Shown here one piece after another: positions 41,541-53,015 of a DNA stretch of 64,000 bases. The stretch is from assembly GCA_963772725.1 (NCBI GenBank), contig CAVYYI010000002.1, positions 288,001-352,000 on the forward strand. Direction: 5' to 3'. This DNA is from an uncultured Phycisphaerales bacterium. GTDB taxonomy: Bacteria; Planctomycetota; Phycisphaerae; Sedimentisphaerales; Anaerobacaceae. The position numbers and the translations under genes are program-made. Each line of letters opens with the position of its first letter. Position 1 is the stretch's first letter. Below the pieces are notes generated by a model that was not told the origin of the DNA, made no database searches, and was given only the letters and a program-made list of their open reading frames with translations.

Positions 41541-42002
41541 ATGGCCATAGAGGCGCCGGTTAGCAAGTTCAGGAAGGACAACCTCAAAATATTTATCGTC
41601 GGTATGCTGGTTTTGGGGGCGTGGTGCTTATATGACGGGTATTTCAATCAAAAATGGATAGCCGAGCATACAAACACTGACGGCACGCCACAGACGTATT
41701 TAACCGTTAATCGACAGGCGCCGTATTATTTCACCGTCGGAGTCATAGCGCTGGGCACATACCTGTTAATGCTGAAAAACAAAAAGATTATCGCTGACGA
41801 GAAGGAACTGATTATCAGTGATAAGAAGAAAATCGCCTACGAGTCCATACAGAAAATAGATAAAACCGATTTTGAGTCGAAAGGCTTCTTCGTGATTACA
41901 TACACAGACAGCGGGAACAAGGAGAGCAGCCTAAAAATAAGTGACAAAAAATACGATAACCTTGAGGCTGTCTTAAAGGTCCTTGTAACAAAAATAAGTT
42001 GA
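41541..42002 (+). CDS. Hypothetical membrane protein
   Basis: GAAAGGA RBS, two TM segments and a soluble C-terminal part. Confidence 0.7.
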   Translation: MAIEAPVSKFRKDNLKIFIVGMLVLGAWCLYDGYFNQKWIAEHTNTDGTPQTYLTVNRQAPYYFTVGVIALGTYLLMLKNKKIIADEKELIISDKKKIAYESIQKIDKTDFESKGFFVITYTDSGNKESSLKISDKKYDNLEAVLKVLVTKIS

Positions 42003-42094
42003 AATTACTAAAATAATGCATAGAATGTTCGTGGTTTGGCCGCAATAAGTTACGGTTGTAGTTTGTTGCGGTTTATTTTTGGAAAAATTCTTAG

Positions 42095-43381
<1,287 letters not shown>

Positions 43382-43405
43382 ACATGCACTTTACGGAAAA
43401 TAAAA

Positions 43406-44170
43406 TTGCAAAGAAGCAACGCAGGAAATCTTGAAAAAACCGCCGCTCGTCTTGGAATAAAAGTTGAGCAGATACCTCGTAATATCGCCATAATTATGGA
43501 TGGCAACGGTCGCTGGGCTCAAAAAAAGGGCCTGCCTCGAATGGAGGGGCATCGTCAGGGCGGTAAAACGGTTGAAAGAACTGCGCTGGTCGGCGTTAAT
43601 CTTGGCATAGAGTCGATGATAATCTATGCTTTCAGCACAGAAAACTGGAAAAGGCCTAAAGAAGAGGTCGATGCCCTGATGAGTCTTTATACTCAGTACT
43701 TAGTCGGCATCAGGCCGATGATGATGAAAAATGATGTTAAGCTGCTTCACATTGGAAGGACGGACGGTCTTCCTGAGAAACTGAAGGTTGAACTTAAAAA
43801 AAGCATGGAAATGACCGCTTCTAACCGCGGCATGACGCTCGCTCTTGCGTTGAATTACGGCGGAAGAACCGAAATAACCGATGCGGTTCGCAAAATCGCA
43901 GAGAAATACAAACAAGGCAAAGTGAATTTCGAAGAAATTAACGAAGACCTCATCGGGCGGCATTTATATACGGCGGAATTACCTGAGCCTGACCTTTTAA
44001 TACGCACCGCGAACGAGAGAAGAATCAGCAACTTTCTGATATGGCAGATTTCTTACAGCGAATTTTATGTTACGGAAACGCTTTGGCCTGACTTTAAAGG
44101 TGAAGATATGGAAAAGGCTATACTGGATTACGCACAAAGACAGCGGAGATTCGGCGGAATAAACGTGTAG
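43406..44170 (+). CDS. uppS: Undecaprenyl/isoprenyl diphosphate synthase
   Basis: IIMDGNGRWA, FSTENWKRP, NYGGR, DLLIRT..E.RISNF..WQ. Confidence 0.96.
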   Translation: MQRSNAGNLEKTAARLGIKVEQIPRNIAIIMDGNGRWAQKKGLPRMEGHRQGGKTVERTALVGVNLGIESMIIYAFSTENWKRPKEEVDALMSLYTQYLVGIRPMMMKNDVKLLHIGRTDGLPEKLKVELKKSMEMTASNRGMTLALALNYGGRTEITDAVRKIAEKYKQGKVNFEEINEDLIGRHLYTAELPEPDLLIRTANERRISNFLIWQISYSEFYVTETLWPDFKGEDMEKAILDYAQRQRRFGGINV

Positions 44171-44210
44171 CCGCGTAAAGCGCTACTGAAGCAGACCGCG
44201 ATTGCAACTT

Positions 44211-45067
44211 ATGCTTAAATACAGATTATTCTGGGGTACTTTAATGACGCTGGTGCTTGTCGCCATAGTCGTTTTCGATGGCTGGCTGACGGTTCATTGA
44301 CCTCTTCGGCAGCAGATGATAAAAATGTACGCGGAACGATTTTCTGCGTTCTCGTCGCCATGCTGGTAATTCCCGGGCAGCTTGAACTGTCTAAACTGGC
44401 CGGCGCCAAAAACCTGAAGATTTTTATCGCGATTACGATTCCGGCATCAATTTTGGCCGCAACGGCATGGTATTGGGCACAATTTACGAAAATTCCGCCT
44501 CAGGTATATCTGGTTTACCTGCTTATTTTCACATTATTCGTGCTTTTTATTTACCAACATTTCCGATACGGCACCAACGGAGTAATCAGTAACTGCGGGG
44601 TAAGTTATTTATCAGTAGTTTATCTTGGGCTTTTGACCGCTTTTGTGCCTGCCATAAGGATTGATTTCGGAATCAAACCGCTGCTGATGTTTATTTTTGT
44701 TATAAAAGCCTGTGACATAGGGGCTTACGTCATAGGAAGCATGTTCGGCAAACACAAATTTTCGCCTAAAATCAGCCCGAAAAAAACCTGGGAAGGTATG
44801 GGAGGCGGAACGGTTTTGGCAATAATAACAGCTATCGCTTTTTCTGTAATTTTTGATATAATGAAATGGCAGATGGCGGCTATTTTCGGTTTTGTGTTCG
44901 CGTTCATCGGGCAGCTTGGCGATTTAGCAGAGTCGATGATAAAACGCGATGCGGCACGAAAAGATTCGGCAAATGATGTTCCTGGTTTCGGGGGGATATT
45001 GGACGTGATAGATTCGCCGCTTTTAGCGGCTGTGTTCGCGTACTTGTTTTTTAGAATGTGTTGTTAA
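44211..45067 (+). CDS. cdsA: Phosphatidate cytidylyltransferase (frameshift near 44288)
   Basis: D.GAY..G..FGKH...P.ISPKKTWEG, GDL.ES..KR....KDS...PG.GG.LD..DS. Confidence 0.92.
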
Positions 45068-45082
45068 TGACAGGGAAAAAAA

Positions 45083-46028
45083 TTGGAAGTTACCATACAA
45101 CTTGACCCTTCTCATCGGGCAGCTTGAACTGTTTGGCCAATCGGACAGACATCTGCGTCTTTTGCGTCAATCATTAGGTATTCAGCTCGCTGCACGCGAA
45201 TCAAACCTGGTAATCAGCGGAAAAGAAAAGGATGTCAAAAGAGCAACCGAAATTATCGACAGGATGCAAAAACATCTGATTAAATATGGAGTGCTTAGCG
45301 AAAATGACGTGAAAGATTATATCCTTGAGGGCGAGGCAGTTACGGAACCCCAGACAGCATCGGCTATAAGCGTTTATTCACACAAAAAGGTAATAGAGCC
45401 AACAACAAAAGGCCAATTAAGGTACATTGAAACGATGCTGGCGAATGACCTTACGTTTTGCACGGGGCCCGCAGGAACAGGCAAAACTTACCTGGCGGTC
45501 GCGGTCGCTGTTTCGATGCTGAAAAGAAAACAGGTCAGAAAAATCATACTTGCCCGGCCTGCGGTTGAGGCTGGGGAGAAGCTCGGTTTCCTGCCAGGAG
45601 ATTTGCAGGCGAAAGTGAATCCTTACCTTAGCCCCCTCTTTGACGCCCTGGGCGATATGATGGACTTTGCCCACATGCGAAAGCTAATGGAGATGGACAT
45701 TATCGAGATTATTCCGCTGGCGTTTATGCGGGGAAGGACATTGAACGAAGCTGTAATAATATGCGACGAGGCACAAAATACCTCAACAATGCAGATGTTA
45801 ATGGTCTTGACAAGACTGGGCCGAGGCTCGAAAATGATTGTTACCGGTGACATAACGCAAATTGACCTTGACAGCAGGCAAACAAGCGGTATGGTCGAGG
45901 CAATCGAAACTCTAAGACGAATCAAAGGCATAGGCTGTGTGGAACTGACTCAAAGTGACATTGTGCGACACAGGCTTGTACAGAATATTGTTCGGGCTTA
46001 TAAGAAAAAAAGAAACAGTAAAAAATAA
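45083..46028 (+). CDS. phoH: PhoH-family ATPase (start uncertain, possible frameshift near 45120)
   Basis: GPAGTGKT, RPAVEAGEKLGFLPG, MRGRTL, DEAQN, GD.TQ.DL. Confidence 0.93.
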
Positions 46029-46074
46029 ATCAGTTCCTGTTTGCCTTATTAGTGCCCGAGTTATAGAAAATAAA

Positions 46075-47613
46075 ATGAAAATATGGTTTTTAAAAAATAC
46101 CGGTTCACAGCGAACCGCCATAAGAAAAAATGGCGGTTTGGAAACTTCTCTGCCGTCAAAGCGTTTCATAAACACCGATACGGTTATATCGAGTATTTTG
46201 TGGATTATCTTCGTTGCTCTTTGCGTACCGATACTCGCATTCGAAATCATTCAAAATGCACAATACGTTCAGTTAATACCGCTGACTATTATCGTGATAC
46301 TTATTTCCGCAGCGGGCGGAATATACATTCATCATTATCAGGGGCGAATCCTTACCAACCACACCAGAAGCGCAGCTTTGGCAGGACTGTTTTTGGCATT
46401 TATAGCTATAACAAAGATGGGTATATTGATATTTAGTGAGTCCAAATACCCGTTTTATTGGGCAACCGGAACTTCTGCTGCAGTGGCAATTATTATGATG
46501 CTCACATATAATCAACGCTTTGCGATGGGAATGAGCATATTTTTCTGCCTGTTTGCCTACTTTGCATCAGGGGCTCAAACTGATATTAATTTATTGCTGA
46601 TAATGGTTGCCGGCGCACTGACCTGCTGTTTTTCATTGGGCGAAATTCGCACAAGAATGAAACTTTTGGAGGTAAGCGCAATTGCGGCGGGAGTGATACT
46701 TGTAACAGCGGTCGCATTAGGATTCTGTGCCAACACTTCTACTTCTGATATTTTTATGCAGGCCGGCCGCCATGCGGGTGCAGCTTTTCTTGTCGGTTTA
46801 TTAATACAAGGTCTGCTGCCGCTCATAGAAAAAGTTTTTCATATAGCGACAAGTATGACACTGCTGGACTACAGTGACGCCAACCAGCCATTACTGAGGA
46901 AGCTCGCGATGGAAGCGCCCGGCACGTTCAGTCACAGCCTGCTGGTGGGTTCAATCGCGGAAGCCGCCGCGGAATCAATCGGGCGTAACGGGCTGCTGAG
47001 CAGGGTAGGTGCATATTATCACGATATAGGAAAAATCAATAAGCCGGCGTATTTTATTGAAAACCAGGCGGGCATGACCAGCAGACACAAGGAAATCTCA
47101 CCGACAATAAGCCAGCTTGTGATTGTCGGACATGTTAAAGACGGAATAGAGCTGGCAGACGAATACGGCCTTCCGGCGGTATTAAGGCAGTTCATAGAAA
47201 CGCATCATGGAACAACATTGATTGAATACTTTTACAATGAAGCCAGGAAAAAATATGACGACAGTCAGCCTCCGATTTCGGAAAGCGAATTTCGTTATGC
47301 CGGGCCTAAGCCGCAGACCAAAGAGGCGGCGATTGTTATGCTGGCGGATTCGGCTGAGGGAGCCGTCAGGGCATTGCCTGAAATAACTCCCACTAAAATA
47401 GAGGCGGTGGTTCATAATATGGCAATGAAACGCCTGCAGGACGGCCAATTCGATGAATGCGAATTAACCCTCGGAGAGTTGAGCCGAATAGAGGCGAGTA
47501 TATCTAAAACTCTCGCTGCTCATTATCACGGGCGAATCGCATATCCCAAACAGCTCCCCTCAGCGGAAGAAATGAATAACCCATCTAAGCAAAATGATGT
47601 GAAAAACGCTTAA
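46075..47613 (+). CDS. 7TM-HD phosphohydrolase (PgpH-like)
   Basis: TM region followed by APGT..HS, YYHDIGK, HHGT, MLAD..E; located between phoH and ybeY. Confidence 0.88.
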   Translation: MKIWFLKNTGSQRTAIRKNGGLETSLPSKRFINTDTVISSILWIIFVALCVPILAFEIIQNAQYVQLIPLTIIVILISAAGGIYIHHYQGRILTNHTRSAALAGLFLAFIAITKMGILIFSESKYPFYWATGTSAAVAIIMMLTYNQRFAMGMSIFFCLFAYFASGAQTDINLLLIMVAGALTCCFSLGEIRTRMKLLEVSAIAAGVILVTAVALGFCANTSTSDIFMQAGRHAGAAFLVGLLIQGLLPLIEKVFHIATSMTLLDYSDANQPLLRKLAMEAPGTFSHSLLVGSIAEAAAESIGRNGLLSRVGAYYHDIGKINKPAYFIENQAGMTSRHKEISPTISQLVIVGHVKDGIELADEYGLPAVLRQFIETHHGTTLIEYFYNEARKKYDDSQPPISESEFRYAGPKPQTKEAAIVMLADSAEGAVRALPEITPTKIEAVVHNMAMKRLQDGQFDECELTLGELSRIEASISKTLAAHYHGRIAYPKQLPSAEEMNNPSKQNDVKNA

Positions 47614-47618
47614 AGATT

Positions 47619-48107
47619 ATGGCTCGTGAAAAACAAAATTCAGGTATCCGCATAATAAAAAGATTTGAAAATATAGACGTCAGCCTTCCGAAACTGAAAA
47701 AGCTGATAAAAACTGTACGCGAGAGATTCGGGAGCTTTTACGGGCCGCACACGAAATATGAAATCGATATTGTGATAGTCGATAACGTAGAAATCCTCAA
47801 AATAAATAAACAGTTTTTAAAACATAATTCCATTACGGATTGTCTTAGCTTCGATTTGTCGGAAGACAATACAAAATCTGTCAAACTCTTCGAAGTCATA
47901 GTAAACGGTGAAAAGGCAGTCAAGGAAGCCTCCAAACGGGGGCATTGTGCCGAGGCGGAACTCGCCCTTTACGCAATTCATGGGCTGCTGCATAATTTCG
48001 GGTTCGATGATTTACAGCCTAAGAACGCGAAAAAAATGCACACCGTCGAGGATGAGCTCCTTAAGCAAATGAATTTTGGGATTATTTATAACTCAAATGC
48101 TGACTAA
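47619..48107 (+). CDS. ybeY: rRNA maturation endoribonuclease
   Basis: TDCLSF, HGLLHNFGFDD. Confidence 0.9.
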   Translation: MAREKQNSGIRIIKRFENIDVSLPKLKKLIKTVRERFGSFYGPHTKYEIDIVIVDNVEILKINKQFLKHNSITDCLSFDLSEDNTKSVKLFEVIVNGEKAVKEASKRGHCAEAELALYAIHGLLHNFGFDDLQPKNAKKMHTVEDELLKQMNFGIIYNSNAD

Positions 48108-48843
48108 GGATAACGCAATTTGCATACGTACCGTCGATTACTCGGAAACGTCGCAGGTCGCCACTTTTTTTTGCAGGGCAACGGGTAAAATTGATGTCAT
48201 AGCTAAAGGCTCGAAAAGACCCAAATCGGCTATTGGCGGCCCTCTCGAAATATTCGCAACGGGACAGATAATGTTTTCCGCCAAGGAAGACGCGAAACTC
48301 GCGACGCTGACCGAATTTGAACCGCAGCCAATTCTGAGCCGGCTTAGTAATAACCTTCTTTCATTAAACTGCTCCCTCTTCGCAGCGGAACTGCTTGGCT
48401 CGCTGATGGATGATTACGACCCGCATCAGGAACTATTCGATTATTTTCTGCAGTTTCTTGGGAACATTCAGGATTGCCCTGACAGACGGCAGGCTATCGG
48501 TTTATTGATAGTTTTCCAATTAACTCTGCTCAGAGAAATCGGTATCCAGCCTGTCTTGAATCGCTGTGCCAATTGTAAAACGCAATTCGCACAACGCACG
48601 AAACATTACGAGGTTTATTTCAGCAGTGTCGCCAATGGCCTTATTTGTAAAGACTGCGAGGCCAATTTTACTGACAAGATTAGATTAACAAGAGAGGCGG
48701 CGAATTGCCTTACCGATTTGAAACTTATCGGCAAAGCGGATGAAAAAACGCTGAACGAAATCGAGAAGATTTTAGTTTATCACTTCACCGCCCTGTTACA
48801 CCGCCAGCCCAAAATGGCAAAATACGTACTTGCAAAAATTTAG
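48097..48843 (+). CDS. recO: DNA repair protein RecO
   Basis: DYSE, AKG..RPKS, CANC and CKDC zinc finger. Confidence 0.92.
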   Translation: MLTKDNAICIRTVDYSETSQVATFFCRATGKIDVIAKGSKRPKSAIGGPLEIFATGQIMFSAKEDAKLATLTEFEPQPILSRLSNNLLSLNCSLFAAELLGSLMDDYDPHQELFDYFLQFLGNIQDCPDRRQAIGLLIVFQLTLLREIGIQPVLNRCANCKTQFAQRTKHYEVYFSSVANGLICKDCEANFTDKIRLTREAANCLTDLKLIGKADEKTLNEIEKILVYHFTALLHRQPKMAKYVLAKI

Positions 48844-48911
48844 TTACAAAAAGACAAAAAGGAATAAAAATTCAAACTGTATAAAATACAAATGTTATAT
48901 ATTTTTACATT

Positions 48912-49514
48912 CTAATTCCTATAGTGTTCGAAGTGCAAATACACTCCTGGCTGAATTTTTGATAGCTTTCCTTCTTGAACCTGATAAGCTTCATTGGGCG
49001 GACATACAATTAATTCCCAACCAACCTGCATAAAACCTGAATTCCAACTTAACCAGACTTTGCGTACGCCTTCTTCTTCTTTTACTTCGACATTTTCAGG
49101 ATGAAATACTTTTATGGGCTCAGGTATGTCAATTCCATTCATTTGAAGATAAGGGACTTCAACATTATGTGCCCATGTTCTAATTACATCATAGTCTTTA
49201 ATAAAAGAATAGTGGATAAGTAACCCAGCAAAAGTAATATTATGCCACAGACAAAAAATTAAGTACAGAATAAAGCAGCACCCCACTTTGCTTAGATTGA
49301 ATAAGACCTTTTTTTCTTTTTTGAACAAATCCCTAATGAGTTTAACTATAGAAATGATGAAAATAATGAAAACAAAAATACCAAAGAATGGCAGAAAGAC
49401 GTGGGAAAATAAAACAGCATAAGGGTGAATTAATCCTATTACAAATGGCACCAAAAGTACACTTATATCGACTAAAATCAAAAATCGCATGTTTCTGTAA
49501 ATCTGATACAGCAT
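48912..49514 (-). CDS. Hypothetical membrane protein (AT-rich)
   Basis: 200-aa ORF with three N-terminal TM segments. Confidence 0.6.
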   Translation of the reverse strand: MLYQIYRNMRFLILVDISVLLVPFVIGLIHPYAVLFSHVFLPFFGIFVFIIFIISIVKLIRDLFKKEKKVLFNLSKVGCCFILYLIFCLWHNITFAGLLIHYSFIKDYDVIRTWAHNVEVPYLQMNGIDIPEPIKVFHPENVEVKEEEGVRKVWLSWNSGFMQVGWELIVCPPNEAYQVQEGKLSKIQPGVYLHFEHYRN

Positions 49515-49542
49515 ATCGTTGCTCCCTAAATTTACTATACGC

Positions 49543-50594
49543 CTACTGGTTTTCTTCGAAGAGTTCGGGCTGGTCTGTGGTTTGTTTTTTGTTGTGGTAT
49601 TTGAGGCTGAGGTGGTCGCAGGCGGTTTTGGTTATTTCTCTGCCGCGTTTGGTTCTGCGGAGAAAGCCGATCTGGAGAAGGTATGGCTCAACAACATCTT
49701 CGAGCGTGTCTCTTTCTTCGCCGAGTGTGGCAGCGATAGCTTCGATGCCGGCTGGCCCGCCATCATAGACATTGGCCAAAGCGCGCAGAACAGCCCTATC
49801 AAGTTCATCGAGACCGAGAGGGTCAATCTGCTCCATTTTCAGAGCGTTTTCGACGATGGCAGAGCTAAGGATGCCTTTACCTTTGACCTGAGCGTAATCG
49901 CGGACGCGTTTTAGGAGCCGGTTCGCGACACGGGGTGTGCCGCGAGAACGGTCGGCAATCAATTCGAGAGTGCCGTCCTCGCAATGCAACTGCAATAAGC
50001 TGGCGGAACGACTTAGAATGGTTTTCAATTCTTCGGTGGAGTAGAAGTCGAGATGATATAACATTCCGAATCGGCCGCGAAGTGGGGCGCTGAACAGGCC
50101 TGCACGGGTGGTCGCGCCTATCAGTGTGAACCTTTTCAGGGGGAAGTTTATGGTCTTGGCGTGCATACCGCTATCAACGGTAAAATCGACTTTAAAATCC
50201 TCCATCGCGGGATAGATAAATTCCTCGACGGGGGTACTGAGGCGATGAATTTCATCAATGAAAAGTATGTCGCCGGTGCTGACGTTGGTCAGAAGTCCCA
50301 TGACGTCGCCCTGTTTGACCAGGGCTGGGCCGGATGAACAGCGAATTCTCGCGCCCATTTCGTTTGCGACGACATTGGCGAGGGTTGTTTTGCCTAAGCC
50401 CGGGGGGCCGTAAAAAAGGATGTGTTCGAGTGGTTCGCCGCGTTTTTTGGCGGCGGCTATCGCGATGGAGAGTTTTTCTTTGACGTTGGCCTGCCCGATA
50501 CATTCGCTGAGGTTTTTTGGGCCGCAGCGAGATATTGAAGGCTTCTTCCTGCTCGTTAATGTTTTGTCCGGTTAAGTACTCTATCAATTGCCAT
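49543..50594 (-). CDS. ruvB: Holliday junction helicase RuvB (frameshifts in the 5' part)
   Basis: SLRPK, GPPGLGKT in the sequence, FIDEIHRL, GATTR.G, RGTPRVANRLL. Confidence 0.95.
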
Positions 50595-50621
50595 AATAAA
50601 ATCAAATTTTTTTTTATGCTT

Positions 50622-51240
50622 CTATTCCTTGTTTAAGTCGATATACCAGCGGGACAAGTTCTTCGGCGGATTTAATGTCGGGTGCCTTTTGCAGGCAAGC
50701 TCAATAAGTTCCATCGCTTCGTTGCGTTTTTCGCCCCAGGCGATAAGTATTTCCAGAGCTTCGGCCTGGAAGGGTTTGAAGGAGACCCCTGTTTGGCCGG
50801 GGGCTGTGCTTTCTGCAAAGGACTGGAGCTTGCCTTTTAGTTCGGCGATAATCTGCTGTGCCATTCGCTTGCCGACACCGGGGAGCGTTTGCAGGGTTTT
50901 ATCGTCGCCGTTTTCAACGGCCGCCGCGATAGTGCCTATGGGGACACAGAGCGCTTTTAGAGTTTTTTTGATGCCCATGCCTTTAACGCTTGTGATTTTG
51001 GTGAAGAAGTCTTTTTCGCCTGTGTTTAAGAAGCCGACCATTCTTGGGATGAGGTTACCGCCGCCGAGAGAGCCTTCGTAATATTCCATCGTGCAAAGTA
51101 CGATATCAGAACCGACGCTGCCGGCAAAGAGCGCTGACGCAATAACCTGGCAGCAGGACTTCATAGCCGATGGGTCCGACCTGGATAAGGGCGTTGTCGG
51201 TATCGAGCTTAACAAGTTTTCCTTCTAATTTCGCTATCAT
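50622..51240 (-). CDS. ruvA: Holliday junction branch migration protein RuvA (frameshifts)
   Basis: MIAKLEGKL.., V.G.GY, V.GMG.K, LPGVGKR.A..II.ELK.K. Confidence 0.9.
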
Positions 51241-51302
51241 AAAAATACATTGTAGAATATTCCGCCGCGGGCGAACATAAAATTTTTTAATCGCAGCTTA
51301 TT

Positions 51303-52481
51303 CTAAAATAACGCGTTGTTCAGGTCGTCTATCAAGTCCTCAGCGTTTTCTATGCCGACAGCGAGCCGAATGAGGCCGTCTTTTATGCCAAGCGACAGAC
51401 GTTCTTTCTTTGAAACAGCATAATAACTTATGGTGGCCGGATGCGTGATGAGCGATTCGACGCCGCCGAGACTTGGGCCTATATTTATAATTTTTAAACG
51501 GCTCATAAACTTCAACGCATATTGTATATCATCCTTAACCTCAAAGGTAACGACACCGCCAAAACCTTTCATCTGTTTTTTCGCAACGTTATAATGGGGA
51601 TGACTTTTCAGGCCGGGATAATAGACACGTCTGACTTTTGGATGATTTTCGAGAAACTCAGCGATTCTCTGACCATTTTCATTATGACGCTGCATACGCA
51701 GTTCGAAAGTTTTAAGCCCGCGAATAAGCAGGTACGATGGATGGGGGTCAATGCAGCCTCCGGTTATTTTCAGATACTCTCTTATAAGGCTTGTAAGTTT
51801 TTTTTTGCCCAGCACCACACCGCTGAGGATGTCGTTATGCCCGCTGAGATACTTGGTGGCGCTGTGTATTACCAGGTCGATTCCGTATTCGAGAGGCCTT
51901 TGGTTGTATGGCGTGGCAAAGGTGCTGTCGGAAATCACCATAACGCCCGTGCCTTTGAAAATATTCATAAGCTTTTCGAGGTCCATAATATTCAGATAAG
52001 GATTGGTGGGTGATTCAGAAAAAAAAATGCGGGTGTTGTGTTTTACGGCTTTTTTTATCGCCTCGTAATCGCACATTTTGACAACAGTGCATTCGATGCC
52101 GAACCTGCACAGGCATGTGCGGCAAAAGTCGAGCGTCCTCTTGTAGGCGTCATCGGTAATTACGATGTGGTCTCCCGTCTTGAGCAGTGAAAAAAGGGTG
52201 GTAGTGATAGCGCTCATGCCTGACGAGAACAGAACCGCGTCTTCGGCGCCTTCGAGCGCAGCAAGTTTACCCTCCGCGGCGACCTGTGTGGGGTGGCCGT
52301 ATCGCCCGTATTCGTATCTGCCCGCCGTTCCTTTCGGGAGTTTTTTTATTTCCTTGATATTTTTGAAAATGAATGTGGATGTCTGAACAATCGGGGTCGT
52401 TATCGCACCATATTCATTGTAGCGAATCTCGCCGGAATGGACGGCTCTTGTCGAAAAGCCCGTCTTTTTTTCTTTCTTCAT
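51303..52481 (-). CDS. Cys/Met PLP-dependent trans-sulfuration enzyme (cystathionine gamma-synthase/lyase family)
   Basis: SSGMSA, ESPTNP, D.TFATP, HSATKYL.GH.D, SLGGVESL. Confidence 0.93.
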   Translation of the reverse strand: MKKEKKTGFSTRAVHSGEIRYNEYGAITTPIVQTSTFIFKNIKEIKKLPKGTAGRYEYGRYGHPTQVAAEGKLAALEGAEDAVLFSSGMSAITTTLFSLLKTGDHIVITDDAYKRTLDFCRTCLCRFGIECTVVKMCDYEAIKKAVKHNTRIFFSESPTNPYLNIMDLEKLMNIFKGTGVMVISDSTFATPYNQRPLEYGIDLVIHSATKYLSGHNDILSGVVLGKKKLTSLIREYLKITGGCIDPHPSYLLIRGLKTFELRMQRHNENGQRIAEFLENHPKVRRVYYPGLKSHPHYNVAKKQMKGFGGVVTFEVKDDIQYALKFMSRLKIINIGPSLGGVESLITHPATISYYAVSKKERLSLGIKDGLIRLAVGIENAEDLIDDLNNALF

Positions 52482-52526
52482 TACAGCCTCTCAATAAAAA
52501 ATAAAAATATTAAAACAATAAAATTA

Positions 52527-53015
52527 TCACTTCAGCAAAACAGTTTCCTTCGAATTGGCGCAGCATAAAGCTACGGCGATGGCATCGGCGACGTCGTTGG
52601 GCTCGGGTAATCGCGACAGAGACAGCAAAGTTTGAATGGCTCTTTGAATCTGGCCTTTGGAGGCTCTGCCGTTACCGGTAACGGATTTTTTGATGCGTGT
52701 CGCGTTAAAGCTTCTGACCTCGGCATTTGCCATGGCACAACTCTGCAGTATAACACCTCTTGCGTGCCCCATCAATATCGCGGTTCTCGGGTGGGCATAG
52801 TGCGAATATAATTTTTCGACGGCCACGATGTCGGGCTGAAATTTCTGGAGGAGCTGTGTTATGTCTTTGGCAATCTGGTTTAGTCTTAATTCTATGGCGG
52901 TACCGCTGGAGGTGCGGAAGACACCTGCTTCGATAAGTTTTTCGCCTAACAAGTCGGCTTTCAGGCAGGCATATCCGCAGACCTGCAACCCAGGGTCAAT
53001 ACCGAGAATTATCAT
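52527..53015 (-). CDS. ruvC: Holliday junction resolvase
   Basis: ILGIDPG, AVE, ARGV, TGNG.A.K.Q, D.ADA.A.A.C. Confidence 0.96.
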   Translation of the reverse strand: MIILGIDPGLQVCGYACLKADLLGEKLIEAGVFRTSSGTAIELRLNQIAKDITQLLQKFQPDIVAVEKLYSHYAHPRTAILMGHARGVILQSCAMANAEVRSFNATRIKKSVTGNGRASKGQIQRAIQTLLSLSRLPEPNDVADAIAVALCCANSKETVLLK

